Source of the DNA: a virus | IMG/VR virus record: IMGVR_UViG_3300036766_000678 | Span: 96,001 to 160,000 of that record | Reading direction: 5' to 3' (one strand) | Length of the DNA: 64,000 nucleotides | Shown: piece after piece, positions 1-9,286 of the stretch | How the letters are laid out: the number at the start of each line of letters is the position of its first letter | Position numbering within the stretch: the stretch's first letter is position 1 | Notes under the pieces: model-generated | Told to the model about the DNA's origin: nothing | Seen by the model: only the letters and a program-made list of their open reading frames with translations | Database searches by the model: none | Made by a program: the position numbers and the translations under genes

Positions 1-235
1 AAGCATCATTACTATTACCTAAAATAACTTTCTTAGTATCTGTTAAAACAAAATTTTCATCCGTTTTAACATCTTTTGTACTATGAACAATACCTGTGCC
101 ATTTGGTTGCAATAGAATATTTTTATCTGCTGCAACTGTACTAATAGTAAGGTCAGTTGTTCTATTTTTTAAACTATCATTTGTTAATGTATCATTTTGG
201 AGCTGAGAATCGCCCCTAATCGCCGTAACACTCAT
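1..235 (-). CDS. partial CDS running off the left edge, possibly virion structural
   Basis: ATG at 235 after GAGGT SD; MSVTAIRGDSQLQNDT... stays open to base 1; lies among structural-looking genes. Confidence 0.5.
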   Translation of the reverse strand, partial: MSVTAIRGDSQLQNDTLTNDSLKNRTTDLTISTVAADKNILLQPNGTGIVHSTKDVKTDENFVLTDTKKVILGNSNDA

Positions 236-341
236 ATTTAATTACCTCATTATATTTTTATTACTTATCTATACATACCTAAAATTCATCATTTCTTTAA
301 AAAATCTAAATCATATTCTCATCATAAGAATACAACTAAAT

Positions 342-1226
342 CTATTTTAAACCTGCTTGTTCTAAAATTTTACCATACCATTTTGAAATTTCTACTAAAT
401 TTGCTTTATTATATTTAATAGTATTATCATGTGGAGTTAAATACTGTAAGTTCCATGATACATGTAATCCACTTACTTCATCACCTTGTAAAGGAATGTA
501 ATGATCTCCTACCATATCATCTGGCATTTTATCATAAAACTCTATAATTTTATTCCAATCGGCCCATAAAGGAACACGTAATTTACGATTTATTTTGGTT
601 TTTATTTTTGAAGCTTTAATTACATTACGATGTGCCTTTTCCCATCTTTTTCTCATGGTTATAACTTTTTCTGGATTTTCTTTAGCCCATTGTTTATTAC
701 GTTCTAAAATTTGTTTTTTATTCTTTTCATACCTTTTTCTGTTTCTAAGTTTAAGTATCTCTTTATTCTTATCTCTCCATTCCTTAGATTTTAATTTAAG
801 TTCTTCCTTATGTTCCCCTCTATATTCTTTATTCCTAGCTGAAATAGCATCTTTATTTTCTTCATAAAATTTTTTCCCAAATTCTTTTTCAGCTAATCTT
901 TGGCATTCAATACAACATCCATTATATTTATCTCTTCCTACTGCAAATGTATCGTGACCTTTCGGACAAAATTGTTTAATACGAGAATCTTTTGTAGGAT
1001 CTTTACGTTGCTTTAATTTACTACATTCTCTACAATATCCATCTTTAGTTCTTCCTACAATGTCTTTATCATGGCCTTTAGGACAAAATTGGGTTTTTCT
1101 TGAAATTGGAGTTTTTAATCCCAAAGAAACTGGTCTTTTACAACCATTACATTGGCCATTTTTAGCTCTTCCAAAAATGAAAGTATCATGTCCCTGTGGG
1201 CAAAACTGTTTAATTGGCGCAGCCAT
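342..1226 (-). CDS. HNH endonuclease with N-terminal FCxxGHD Cys/His repeats
   Basis: Three FCP(Q/K)GHD..GR..G.C..C repeats; C-terminal DHYIPLQG..VSGLHVSWNLQYLT...N..K.N. Confidence 0.8.
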   Translation of the reverse strand: MAAPIKQFCPQGHDTFIFGRAKNGQCNGCKRPVSLGLKTPISRKTQFCPKGHDKDIVGRTKDGYCRECSKLKQRKDPTKDSRIKQFCPKGHDTFAVGRDKYNGCCIECQRLAEKEFGKKFYEENKDAISARNKEYRGEHKEELKLKSKEWRDKNKEILKLRNRKRYEKNKKQILERNKQWAKENPEKVITMRKRWEKAHRNVIKASKIKTKINRKLRVPLWADWNKIIEFYDKMPDDMVGDHYIPLQGDEVSGLHVSWNLQYLTPHDNTIKYNKANLVEISKWYGKILEQAGLK

Positions 1227-1243
1227 TTAATATTCTTTCCTTT

Positions 1244-1831
1244 TTACATAATGTAATCAACTAGTAAAATATCCATAGATTGGGGGGCAGATGAAAATGT
1301 AATTGTGCCACCCAAAATAAAATAATCTTTTACATTTAAAGGGCCTCTTTTAAGTTTAACACCATTCGAAAAAACAGATTCTTTATCTGATAGGGGGGTA
1401 TTCGCTAATGTAAATATCTTATTAATTCCATTTAATGTTCCACTTGGAGTTTCTCCTATTACAAAATTAGAAGCTAATAATGTATTTGGAGAAGAAATCG
1501 TTATAGTATTTCCAAGTGAAGATATACTTATATTTGTACCCGCTGATAAAGTTATATCGCCTGTTAAACCATTAATAGATGAAACATCTGCACCTGTAGC
1601 AACAGGAACAAACGAGGTTCCATTATCAACAAACACTTCATTTACATCGCTTCTCCAAATTAAACGACCTGGATTCCCAGCAACAGGATCAGAAACTAAA
1701 TTCTCAAGCCGAAGTGACAAAGCTTGATGTTCATTAAAAGTGAGATCAGCATCAATATCTATAAGTGACGTAGTAATTGAAAGCGGTCGTATTTGTTCAT
1801 AGCCTAAAATGTGCTGGAAATTTGGTGCCAT
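1244..1831 (-). CDS. putative virion structural protein
   Basis: Beta-rich and S/T/G-rich; C-terminal ETPSG..NG.N..FT domain shared with the 1905-3071 product. Confidence 0.5.
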   Translation of the reverse strand: MAPNFQHILGYEQIRPLSITTSLIDIDADLTFNEHQALSLRLENLVSDPVAGNPGRLIWRSDVNEVFVDNGTSFVPVATGADVSSINGLTGDITLSAGTNISISSLGNTITISSPNTLLASNFVIGETPSGTLNGINKIFTLANTPLSDKESVFSNGVKLKRGPLNVKDYFILGGTITFSSAPQSMDILLVDYIM

Positions 1832-1861
1832 GTCTTATCGTCCCTATGTATATATACGCAA

Positions 1862-1880
1862 TTTAATTATATTTTTACAT
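1862..1880 (-). promoter_or_regulatory. copy A of repeated upstream motif (ATGTAAAAATATAATTAAA)
   Basis: 18/19 match to the core found at 27651, 41385 and 57792; intergenic, upstream of 1244-1831. Confidence 0.6.
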
Positions 1881-1904
1881 CAATTTATCGGCGGAAAACC
1901 CAAC

Positions 1905-3071
1905 CTAGAACTTTAAATAGCTTACGCGAATAAAATCGCCACTTACTGGAGCCACAATAAAAATAAATTGTTGCGGAATACTAACCGTATAGTCAACTCC
2001 TAATATCATTTGTGCCCCGTTTAGATAAATCTGCAAACTTCCAGTTCTATATGGGAAGCTAGTTGTAAATAAAGTATTTGCTCCATCTACTGCCCCACTT
2101 GGAGTTTCTTGATTTACTATACTATTTGAAAGAATTGTCGTCGGAAAAGGCTGCTCAGAAAATTGGGAAAACGACATATCCTGAACGGGATTCGTCAATT
2201 CCAATGAACTTGAATTATTCCCCGTATCAACAGCAGTTACTTTATAATACCAAGTAATTCCAAAAGTGAAACTTACATTATCCACATAAGAAGTTACATT
2301 AGCTGGCGTTGTTGCAATAACTTGAAATGATGAATCATCCGTAGGAGAACTGCTTCTATATACTCTATATAAAACAATATTTGGTTCAACATTTGCAGAC
2401 CATTCAATTAAAAATCCACGATTGGCCAAGAGATTTGTTGAACGGGTTCCCATAACCGTAGATGGACCTACATGAGTAGTCACAGATCCCAAACTTGTAT
2501 AAGCTGTTTCTACCAATACACTATTTCGAGCTTTTACACGAGCATAATAAACTGTACTAGGCAAAAGATTTGTAAAAAGGAAAGAGGTATCTGTAATCCA
2601 ACCACTATTTGTTACATTAAAAATAAAAGAAGGATCAGGAGAAATCTGAACAAAGAACTCAGTGTCTTGTGGATTTGAATTAACTTGCCAATTTGCTGTA
2701 ACCTGAGTTGAATATACACCTGAAAATGGAAGAAATAAAGGTATAGAAGCTAATGTAGTAGCGGATGCAACAGGTCCATAAGAAGTTGCGCCAGTTCCTA
2801 AGACATCTGACGCAGCAGCCAAAGCAACAAAGAATGCAGTATTTGGGACAAGTTCTTCTGCTGTAATTGATGAGAGACCAAGCCACACAGGAATTGGAGA
2901 AAAAGATCCATCCGACATAAGGTACTGTACAACAGCATTTAATCCTACGGTATAGCTAACCTGCCAAGAATAAAAAGTGCCTCCTGGATTTCCATCAGCA
3001 TTTTTTACTACCATTGCAGAACTAGCGGTAATTCCAAGAAGAGTAGGTGAAACGGGTGTATTCAAACTCAT
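1905..3071 (-). CDS. fibronectin type III-domain virion protein
   Basis: FN3-like patterns (LLPSTVYYARVKARN; W....YRVYRS...TWYYKVTAVD); likely start MSLNTP at 3071. Confidence 0.65.
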   Translation of the reverse strand: MSLNTPVSPTLLGITASSAMVVKNADGNPGGTFYSWQVSYTVGLNAVVQYLMSDGSFSPIPVWLGLSSITAEELVPNTAFFVALAAASDVLGTGATSYGPVASATTLASIPLFLPFSGVYSTQVTANWQVNSNPQDTEFFVQISPDPSFIFNVTNSGWITDTSFLFTNLLPSTVYYARVKARNSVLVETAYTSLGSVTTHVGPSTVMGTRSTNLLANRGFLIEWSANVEPNIVLYRVYRSSSPTDDSSFQVIATTPANVTSYVDNVSFTFGITWYYKVTAVDTGNNSSSLELTNPVQDMSFSQFSEQPFPTTILSNSIVNQETPSGAVDGANTLFTTSFPYRTGSLQIYLNGAQMILGVDYTVSIPQQFIFIVAPVSGDFIRVSYLKF

Positions 3072-3072
3072 A

Positions 3073-3585
3073 TTATTTTCCACCTTCTGAATCAACTTTC
3101 TCAAGCATATCTGAACTTAAAGTAATAAAATCAACATTAACTTTTGCTTCTATTACTTCATCTGTGTCCACATCAATAAGTGATGCAACTACAGGAAGAT
3201 CCAAATCTACAATTTGAATATTTTCTCCTCGATCTTTATTCACATATCCAATACTTCCTGCTGAAATTGTCACTTCTTGCTCACCAATCATATTTGCACT
3301 TTCAGTTGGTTCACCAATAAACATATACCCGTCATCCTCATAAATAGAAGCTTGTATTTTAATATCTTGATTAATCTGAATTTTATCCCCAATCTTGAAT
3401 AATTTTGCATTTGTTTTTCCAGTTTTCTCGATTTTTTCAACTGACAAATGAGAAAGCTTAGCTGCTAACCCCTCACCTACCCCTTCTGTTAATAGGAACG
3501 ATAGGTCTGATAGATTAAGGGCATCATCAGATTCAATATCAATATTAAAACTAACTTTATACTGACCACGCAATGGTTGTTCCAT
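3073..3585 (-). CDS. hypothetical protein
   Basis: 170-aa ORF on the coding strand. Confidence 0.55.
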   Translation of the reverse strand: MEQPLRGQYKVSFNIDIESDDALNLSDLSFLLTEGVGEGLAAKLSHLSVEKIEKTGKTNAKLFKIGDKIQINQDIKIQASIYEDDGYMFIGEPTESANMIGEQEVTISAGSIGYVNKDRGENIQIVDLDLPVVASLIDVDTDEVIEAKVNVDFITLSSDMLEKVDSEGGK

Positions 3586-3749
3586 TTTTGGACCTCAGTT
3601 TACAGAGATGTATTGGGTTTTTAATTCAGGACTTTACAGATGTCTTTTGCAACACTATTCTTTTAAATGAACAACAATCTTTAAAAATTATCTAATCTTC
3701 TTCCCCAAATAACCTTTGAAGAAAAACATTATAAGTATTTGACAAGGAT

Positions 3750-3780
3750 ACTATAACGGCCTAGGGTCGCGGAATTCCTT
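3750..3780 (+). other. 31-nt segment resembling bacterial 23S rRNA helix 69-71 (I-CeuI site region)
   Basis: ACTATAACGG-CCTAGGGTCGCGGAATTCCTT vs recalled 23S ACTATAACGGTCCTAAGGTAGCGAAATTCCTT: 28/32 columns. Confidence 0.55.
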
Positions 3781-3792
3781 AAAATTTATTTG

Positions 3793-3984
3793 TTATTTCT
3801 TAAGTTTTACTTCAAAAACTTTATTTGTTTTAGTATCTTCCAAAATTGCGTTATGTCCAAATTTTAAATGTTTAACCGCTTCAGATAAAGCATCTTTTTT
3901 ACTATTAGTACGAAGCCAATATTCACTCCATGATCCACTCATACCAAATAAAACCCAACGATATCGAGGTTGTTTCTTTTTCAT
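3793..3984 (-). CDS. hypothetical protein
   Basis: 63-aa ORF; its ATG overlaps the stop of the upstream gene. Confidence 0.5.
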   Translation of the reverse strand: MKKKQPRYRWVLFGMSGSWSEYWLRTNSKKDALSEAVKHLKFGHNAILEDTKTNKVFEVKLKK

Positions 3985-4559
3985 TAAAATCGTACTTTAA
4001 GTACAAGTCCAGGATATTTTTGAGAATTAATGCTAACTCCCAAACTTGTATGACTATAAATGTTATATGAAATATTCATATTAGCCGTAACATCATTTAA
4101 GGCAAGAGAAGAGGATGGGTAAATCCCTAATCCAAATCCTAGATCAAATTTATTCCAATAAAAAACATCCAATCCCAAACCAGCTCTAAATTTGTTATCA
4201 ACCCCAATTCCGAGATAGGGGCGCATCTCAGGTCCAAATTTCCTCGATTCGATCTTTACTTTACCATCATTTGTCTCAACAATTGCAATTGGACGATCAG
4301 GTAGATAAGTACTATGTGTTATTTCTTTGCCATTCTTATCTTTTGTCACGGTAGTAATTTTATGTTTAATGGGGTCGATTATGGCTTTGCGCTGTTCATT
4401 GGGCTGTAGGATCGTGTTGGTGATGTTCTGGTCTACCTTCCTTGCGTGATGTACCCAAAATCTGTAGCCTAAGAGGGCTAACAAAATTACCCCACTTAAA
4501 ACTAAAATATGCTTAATTTTTGATAAAGTTAATTGTTTTATTTTCTGTAAAAATTCCAT
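3984..4559 (-). CDS. membrane-anchored protein with beta-strand-rich C-terminus
   Basis: N-terminal hydrophobic segment ILVLSGVILLALLGY; Gly/aromatic beta pattern ending LVLKVRF. Confidence 0.55.
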   Translation of the reverse strand: MEFLQKIKQLTLSKIKHILVLSGVILLALLGYRFWVHHARKVDQNITNTILQPNEQRKAIIDPIKHKITTVTKDKNGKEITHSTYLPDRPIAIVETNDGKVKIESRKFGPEMRPYLGIGVDNKFRAGLGLDVFYWNKFDLGFGLGIYPSSSLALNDVTANMNISYNIYSHTSLGVSINSQKYPGLVLKVRF

Positions 4560-4599
4560 TCTTATCCCCTTTTAATCTTATCCAATCAAAATTCTTATT

Positions 4600-5013
4600 T
4601 TATGATAAATAATCTAACGCATTTTGTAAAAATATTTTATTATCTTTAAGTAACCCAAGTGCCATATTACAAGATCGACAAAGTAACCCTCTAATCTCAT
4701 CAGTATCATGATTATGATCAATTACTAAAATTTCATTTAATTGACTTTGATGTTTTTTACATATTCTACAAAGACCTTTTTGATCTTGAAATAGCTTATT
4801 ATAATCTTCTAATGATATATTAAACGTATGTTTTAATCTATAGCCTCTTATTTTATCAGGATTTTCTTTTTCCCATTTTTTATGATATTCATTACCATAT
4901 TTTGTACGATAAGCCTTTCTGCAATCATTACACATACTATTTTTGGTTCGACCACAAACAAAGGTATCATGGCCATGGGTACAAAATTGCTTTTTAGATC
5001 CTTTAATTGCCAT
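4600..5013 (-). CDS. endonuclease VII-like (His-Me) protein with one FCxxGHD repeat
   Basis: Q.GLCRIC...LVIDHNHDTDEIRGLLCRSCNMALGLLKDN is the EndoVII pattern. Confidence 0.85.
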   Translation of the reverse strand: MAIKGSKKQFCTHGHDTFVCGRTKNSMCNDCRKAYRTKYGNEYHKKWEKENPDKIRGYRLKHTFNISLEDYNKLFQDQKGLCRICKKHQSQLNEILVIDHNHDTDEIRGLLCRSCNMALGLLKDNKIFLQNALDYLS

Positions 5014-5037
5014 CGTTATCTTCTCCTTTACTTATCT

Positions 5038-5283
5038 TTATCTTGGAGCCATATTCTCATTCATTTGTGTATAGATAAAATCAAGCAACTTCTGATATCT
5101 GCCGAGTTTCAACATGGAAATAGGCGACATATTCCCAAGTAGTGGGTTTGTGCATATCATCCAGAATTTCGATTTCGATTCGTCATGGAAGAACATAGTG
5201 TCAATTGCTTTTAAAATAGTATTATAGTGGCACTCATAAAGAATTTTGTCAAATCTAGGACTTTGATTTTTGCTTCGTTTCAT
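5038..5283 (-). CDS. MbcA/ParS/Xre (DUF2384)-like antitoxin C-terminal domain protein
   Basis: FWMICTNPLLGNMSPISMLKLG resembles the W...PN..LGG..P..LL..G pattern. Confidence 0.5.
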   Translation of the reverse strand: MKRSKNQSPRFDKILYECHYNTILKAIDTMFFHDESKSKFWMICTNPLLGNMSPISMLKLGRYQKLLDFIYTQMNENMAPR

Positions 5284-5509
5284 ATTTCCTCTCTAAGTAT
5301 TCTAAATTATCTAAAGGAAGCCATTTTCTACATCTACATCCTTCATTCCAATTCTTACAATGTGCCCAAGGCATTCTAGATTCTGTTATTTCTTCTAAAT
5401 CTTCAGGAGTAATATCTTTAATATCTATTTTACGCCAATGTTCATGGCCGCAGGTACGGCAACATCTTTCATCTAAACCAACAAAACTATATGGTACTTT
5501 TCTTAACAT
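5255..5509 (-). CDS. small Cys/His protein, NLEYLE family
   Basis: CRTCGH...C.C..WLPLDNLEYLERKY. Confidence 0.75.
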   Translation of the reverse strand: MLRKVPYSFVGLDERCCRTCGHEHWRKIDIKDITPEDLEEITESRMPWAHCKNWNEGCRCRKWLPLDNLEYLERKYETKQKSKS

Positions 5510-5657
5510 ATAGATATTCGAGGTATTCTAGATTGTCACTGGGGACCCAATCGTTACAAGCATTTTCAATATAAGTGCTATGTAGATCATGGTAAAATCC
5601 ACATATACGACACCGTGGGTTATTAGTTCTAAATTTTAACTTCTTTTTTCTTTTCAT
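5487..5657 (-). CDS. small Cys/His protein, NLEYLE family (56 aa, not in ORF track)
   Basis: Hand translation: MKRKKKLKFRTNNPRCRICGFYHDLHSTYIENACNDWVPSDNLEYLEYLYVKKSTI*. Confidence 0.75.
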   Translation of the reverse strand: MKRKKKLKFRTNNPRCRICGFYHDLHSTYIENACNDWVPSDNLEYLEYLYVKKSTI

Positions 5658-5859
5658 ACAGAAATTCTAAATACTCAAGATTGTCAGATGGAACATACTG
5701 CATACACCATGGTTTATAAACACCACCTAAAATCCTTGCAGCTACAGCAACTCGTTCACGTTCACATGGTAGCATTTGACTTAATCCATGACAATCATCA
5801 TGCCCACAAACTCTACAGGAACTATTGAACATTTTTCTGCTCATTGATATGGGCTTCAA
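5629..5859 (-). CDS. small Cys/His protein, NLEYLE family
   Basis: CRVCGH...CMQYVPSDNLEYLEFLY. Confidence 0.75.
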   Translation of the reverse strand: MKPISMSRKMFNSSCRVCGHDDCHGLSQMLPCERERVAVAARILGGVYKPWCMQYVPSDNLEYLEFLYEKKKEVKI

Positions 5860-6916
5860 TCTGATTTACACAGGCTTTAACGTCTTTTTTAATTTCATGC
5901 TCCCAAAAACGGAAGACTTTGTAACCACATTTTGTTAAATAAGCATTCTGAGATTTATCTATAGCCCGACGTTTGGCAATACCTGCAAATTCATTTACCT
6001 TATGCTCTAAACAACCATGCCAGTAACAGCCATCTGAAAAAATAATAATTTTATATTCTTCAATAACTGCGTCAACTAAAAATTTATTAAATAAAACTTT
6101 TTGGGTTTCAAAAGGAATATTTCGTTTTGTTAATTCTTCTTCAATAGCCACTTCAATTTTTGTATGATCAAATTTAGAAGCACCAATCCAAGCCCATTTA
6201 TCAATTTCACCAGAAGCAATAAGTCTTTTTCTAGTTTTAGATTGTTTCTTAGCTGCTTTTGCAATAATAGGACTATCTTCTTTTGTTAATCCAGAATTCC
6301 ATCCTGCTCCTGGACCAAATGCATTACCAAATTTTTCAATGTGTGTTTGTTGACTTTTCTCCTGTCTAGCTTGAATTTGCTCAGGAGTCATAAAATAATC
6401 AGGACGTTTTAATTTGCCTTCTGCAAATAGTTTCTTACGGGATTCTGATAGATTTTCAGCATTAATTTTTATACGAGGATCTGTCTCTTTTGTATGGCCT
6501 TCGTTCCAATTCAAATTACTACGATTATAAGAACCTTCTTGTTCAAAACCATTTCGTCTTAAATGCCCTTCTAAAATATGGCGAGAAATATTTAATTCAG
6601 CGGCAACATCTGTCATATTACTATTTTTAACTTTATCAATTAACTCTTGCACATTTAAAGATTCAATCCAACGAAATCTCTTTTGCAATCTACGAGCACT
6701 CCCATTTTCAACTCGTTTTGCATCAGCTTTTAATCGAATAGTTGCGTAATCTTGTTGAATATTGAAATGTTCTTTTAATCGCTTAATAATAACAGACCCG
6801 CATTTCCACTTTTTCAATAAAATAGAATAAGATTCAACAGTAAGTTCTTCTTTTAGAAGTTCTTTATTTGGGTACTCATCTAAAATTCGTTGAAATGTAG
6901 TATACATACCTATCAT
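5822..6916 (-). CDS. Vsr/DUF559-like (EDxHD-type) endonuclease, probable free-standing homing endonuclease
   Basis: FLVD.....IIIFSDGCYWHGC...D..QNAYLTKCGYKVFRFWEHE; W(N)xG.TKE repeats; start moved downstream of the promoter. Confidence 0.8.
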   Translation of the reverse strand: MIGMYTTFQRILDEYPNKELLKEELTVESYSILLKKWKCGSVIIKRLKEHFNIQQDYATIRLKADAKRVENGSARRLQKRFRWIESLNVQELIDKVKNSNMTDVAAELNISRHILEGHLRRNGFEQEGSYNRSNLNWNEGHTKETDPRIKINAENLSESRKKLFAEGKLKRPDYFMTPEQIQARQEKSQQTHIEKFGNAFGPGAGWNSGLTKEDSPIIAKAAKKQSKTRKRLIASGEIDKWAWIGASKFDHTKIEVAIEEELTKRNIPFETQKVLFNKFLVDAVIEEYKIIIFSDGCYWHGCLEHKVNEFAGIAKRRAIDKSQNAYLTKCGYKVFRFWEHEIKKDVKACVNQIEAHINEQKNVQ

Positions 6917-6920
6917 TATA

Positions 6921-6949
6921 AATATATCATAAAAAGCATTATTTTGCAA
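6921..6949 (-). promoter_or_regulatory. sigma70-like promoter
   Basis: TTGCAA-17 bp-TATATT with TG extension, immediately upstream of the endonuclease ORF. Confidence 0.55.
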
Positions 6950-6971
6950 TGCCTTTAATCATTGTTATCTA

Positions 6972-8174
6972 CTACGGAGAATTCCATGAAAATGCTGAAT
7001 TATGGACAATCACACCGTCTGCATTATAGGAATGCTGCCCCTCAACACTCAAATCATAAACCTTTCCTGTGTAATCAAAGGTAGTAATATTTGTAATTTG
7101 CTGGGTAACTAAATTGATACCTACTAAACAAGAATCCCCAACTTTTAAGTCACTAGCAGGAACCCATCTTTGATCAAAAAGAAGAACCTCATGATTGCCT
7201 GTCATTTTCAAAATTCGTTTCCCAACTCTAATATCATACATAGGCTCTGAAATGTATTTTGAAATTTTGTCATAAACTTTATGAAATTTCCCATCGGAAG
7301 ATAAAACTTTCATACCAACTTTCACCTTTGTCAATGGCATATAGCCAAGAGAAGTGAGTATTCGAGTAGTATCCAAGAAACAACCAAGGCTGATTTTTAA
7401 AAATTGACCGATTTGTGACTGGAAGCGGCTGTGGCCCAAACCGGCTGCACCCACTTTAAACACAACAGTCTTTTTGTAATTCATTTTCATCTTATCGTAG
7501 AATTGCAACATATTCACGTATGATTGATTTATTTTTTCCACCTGATTTATATTCAAGGAAATTCCGTTATCATTGTACGCGAAGTCCTCCAAACCAGCCC
7601 TTTGTTGATAAAACAAATCTGCAAATAAAGAAATTCCAAAATATAAAAGATTAGCCAAATTAGGATCATTAGCCACACTATCAAATGTCAAATTTGTTAA
7701 AGGTGGCATGAAATTAATATCAGCCAAAATCAAATTTGAAAATGCCAAAATCTGGTAATCTTGTGTATTTCTACTAAAAATTTCTGGCATGAGTTTTCTA
7801 CTCTGAGAAATTACTTGCTGTTCAGAAGTAGAAAATTGACTTGGATTTGGACCATTGACTCCTGTTAACGTAGTCAAACTTGTAACAGTACCAAATGCCG
7901 TTGCATTTGTTCCAATACTATCGATAGCAGCAGCTAGGCGAACAGAATAATTCGTTCCTGGAGTTGTATTAATAACTTTTATCATTGTGGTATTAAGCCA
8001 CAATTGAACAGGTTGAATTATTCCAGTACTTTCAACGAACCCGCCAGTTCCACTAAAAATTACCTGAATAGCATAGAACGTGCCTGGGGGGTTGTTGTCT
8101 GGGGTCACTGTCACTAAAAATGAATTAGTTGTGACGTTGGATATAAACGGGGGCTGAGGCACACTGAGCGACAT
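6972..8174 (-). CDS. putative head-tail adaptor/neck protein (FN3-like N-terminus) containing a mini-intein
   Basis: Located downstream of the capsid module; helical central domain; Hint motifs near the C-terminus. Confidence 0.5.
   Translation of the reverse strand: MSLSVPQPPFISNVTTNSFLVTVTPDNNPPGTFYAIQVIFSGTGGFVESTGIIQPVQLWLNTTMIKVINTTPGTNYSVRLAAAIDSIGTNATAFGTVTSLTTLTGVNGPNPSQFSTSEQQVISQSRKLMPEIFSRNTQDYQILAFSNLILADINFMPPLTNLTFDSVANDPNLANLLYFGISLFADLFYQQRAGLEDFAYNDNGISLNINQVEKINQSYVNMLQFYDKMKMNYKKTVVFKVGAAGLGHSRFQSQIGQFLKISLGCFLDTTRILTSLGYMPLTKVKVGMKVLSSDGKFHKVYDKISKYISEPMYDIRVGKRILKMTGNHEVLLFDQRWVPASDLKVGDSCLVGINLVTQQITNITTFDYTGKVYDLSVEGQHSYNADGVIVHNSAFSWNSP
6999..7382 (-). mobile_element. 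mini-intein (128 aa, no endonuclease)
   Basis: C1-FLDTTRIL, block B TGNH, block F VYDLSV, terminal VHN followed by Ser; 8 residues remain after it. Confidence 0.9.
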
Positions 8175-8185
8175 AATTTATCCTC

Positions 8186-9076
8186 TTAGATTGATATTGT
8201 AATTGCTTGATCAATACTTGCTACTAGAGTGGCACCACTTTTAACATTGGTTTCAAAATCAGACAAAGTTGTAACTGCATTTGTACCATTAGCTAAATTA
8301 GTCGCTCCAACAGCAGATTGTGCATTCCCACCATCTCCAGAAATTACAAAAGATACCAATTCAGAAGCAGCAGAAGAAAGTGTAAGTGCTTTAAGAATTT
8401 GAGCTGCGGAAGATACTCCACCTGTCATATTAACAGTAATTGCAAGCCCCGTAACAGAAACAGTTTCAAATCCAGCTCCACCTGTTCCACCAGATAATGA
8501 ATTACCAGAAACAGTAAGATTTATTGTATCCGAGGTATTTAAAGAAATGAAATTGCCAAGTGTACCTGCTGTATTAGCTGTAATTGTAATTACATTACTA
8601 ACAGCAGAAGCTGTAGAAAATGTTGCAGCAGTTGCGGATGAAATAGCTAACGCTAGAGATGTAGCTGTTGTAGAATTATCTACTGAAGTGGTCCAATCTA
8701 CCCCCTCTGTTAAACGAACTTCGTTAACTGTTAAGACTGCTCCAGTTAATTTTGTATAATCAACCACAGTAGCTGTTCCTGTTGCAGTAGCAATAGTATT
8801 TACATAAGCAACGGTAATAGAATTTTCGGATGTTCCATATCTATTTGCCGTATATGTAATATCTTGAATGGCTTTAGAAGCTTTTACCCCAGATAAAAGA
8901 ACATTATCAGAAGCTGGTTTAAATCGCTGAACGCCAGTTCGATAAACAATTTTACCTGTAGTATCAATTACAAACGGAAGGTACTGGTAATCATACATTA
9001 TATAATAAGTAGTCGTAGATAGATCGGCACGTACTTCTAGCCATGAACTGTAGTCTGACTCTATGTTGGGATACAT
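8186..9076 (-). CDS. putative virion structural protein
   Basis: T/S/A/G-rich beta-type sequence in the structural cluster. Confidence 0.5.
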   Translation of the reverse strand: MYPNIESDYSSWLEVRADLSTTTYYIMYDYQYLPFVIDTTGKIVYRTGVQRFKPASDNVLLSGVKASKAIQDITYTANRYGTSENSITVAYVNTIATATGTATVVDYTKLTGAVLTVNEVRLTEGVDWTTSVDNSTTATSLALAISSATAATFSTASAVSNVITITANTAGTLGNFISLNTSDTINLTVSGNSLSGGTGGAGFETVSVTGLAITVNMTGGVSSAAQILKALTLSSAASELVSFVISGDGGNAQSAVGATNLANGTNAVTTLSDFETNVKSGATLVASIDQAITISI

Positions 9077-9095
9077 TTATGTTCTCCTAAATAAA

Positions 9096-9278
9096 TTATT
9101 TATCTTCATCGTCATCATTTTCTTTTTCAACCCACAAATTCGTAGCCTTCGATTTCCTAACAGAAATTAATCCATACTCAGTATCGCAGCCTAAGCAGAC
9201 ACGCACCAAAAAGGCTCGTTTGCCTTTTTTGACTACCTTTTCTTTGTATCTTTTGCGTGAACAAGTAGGACATGCCAT
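9096..9278 (-). CDS. small zinc-ribbon protein
   Basis: CPTC...CLGC. Confidence 0.55.
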   Translation of the reverse strand: MACPTCSRKRYKEKVVKKGKRAFLVRVCLGCDTEYGLISVRKSKATNLWVEKENDDDEDK

Positions 9279-9286
9279 ATAACCTC

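Noticed and set aside
3740-3757. Plus-strand promoter TTGACA...TATAAC
   Set aside because: The spacer is only 7 bp and no plus-strand gene follows.
6271-6290. GGACTAT resembling a group I intron S element
   Set aside because: It is isolated inside an intact ORF with no partner R element or splice-site context.
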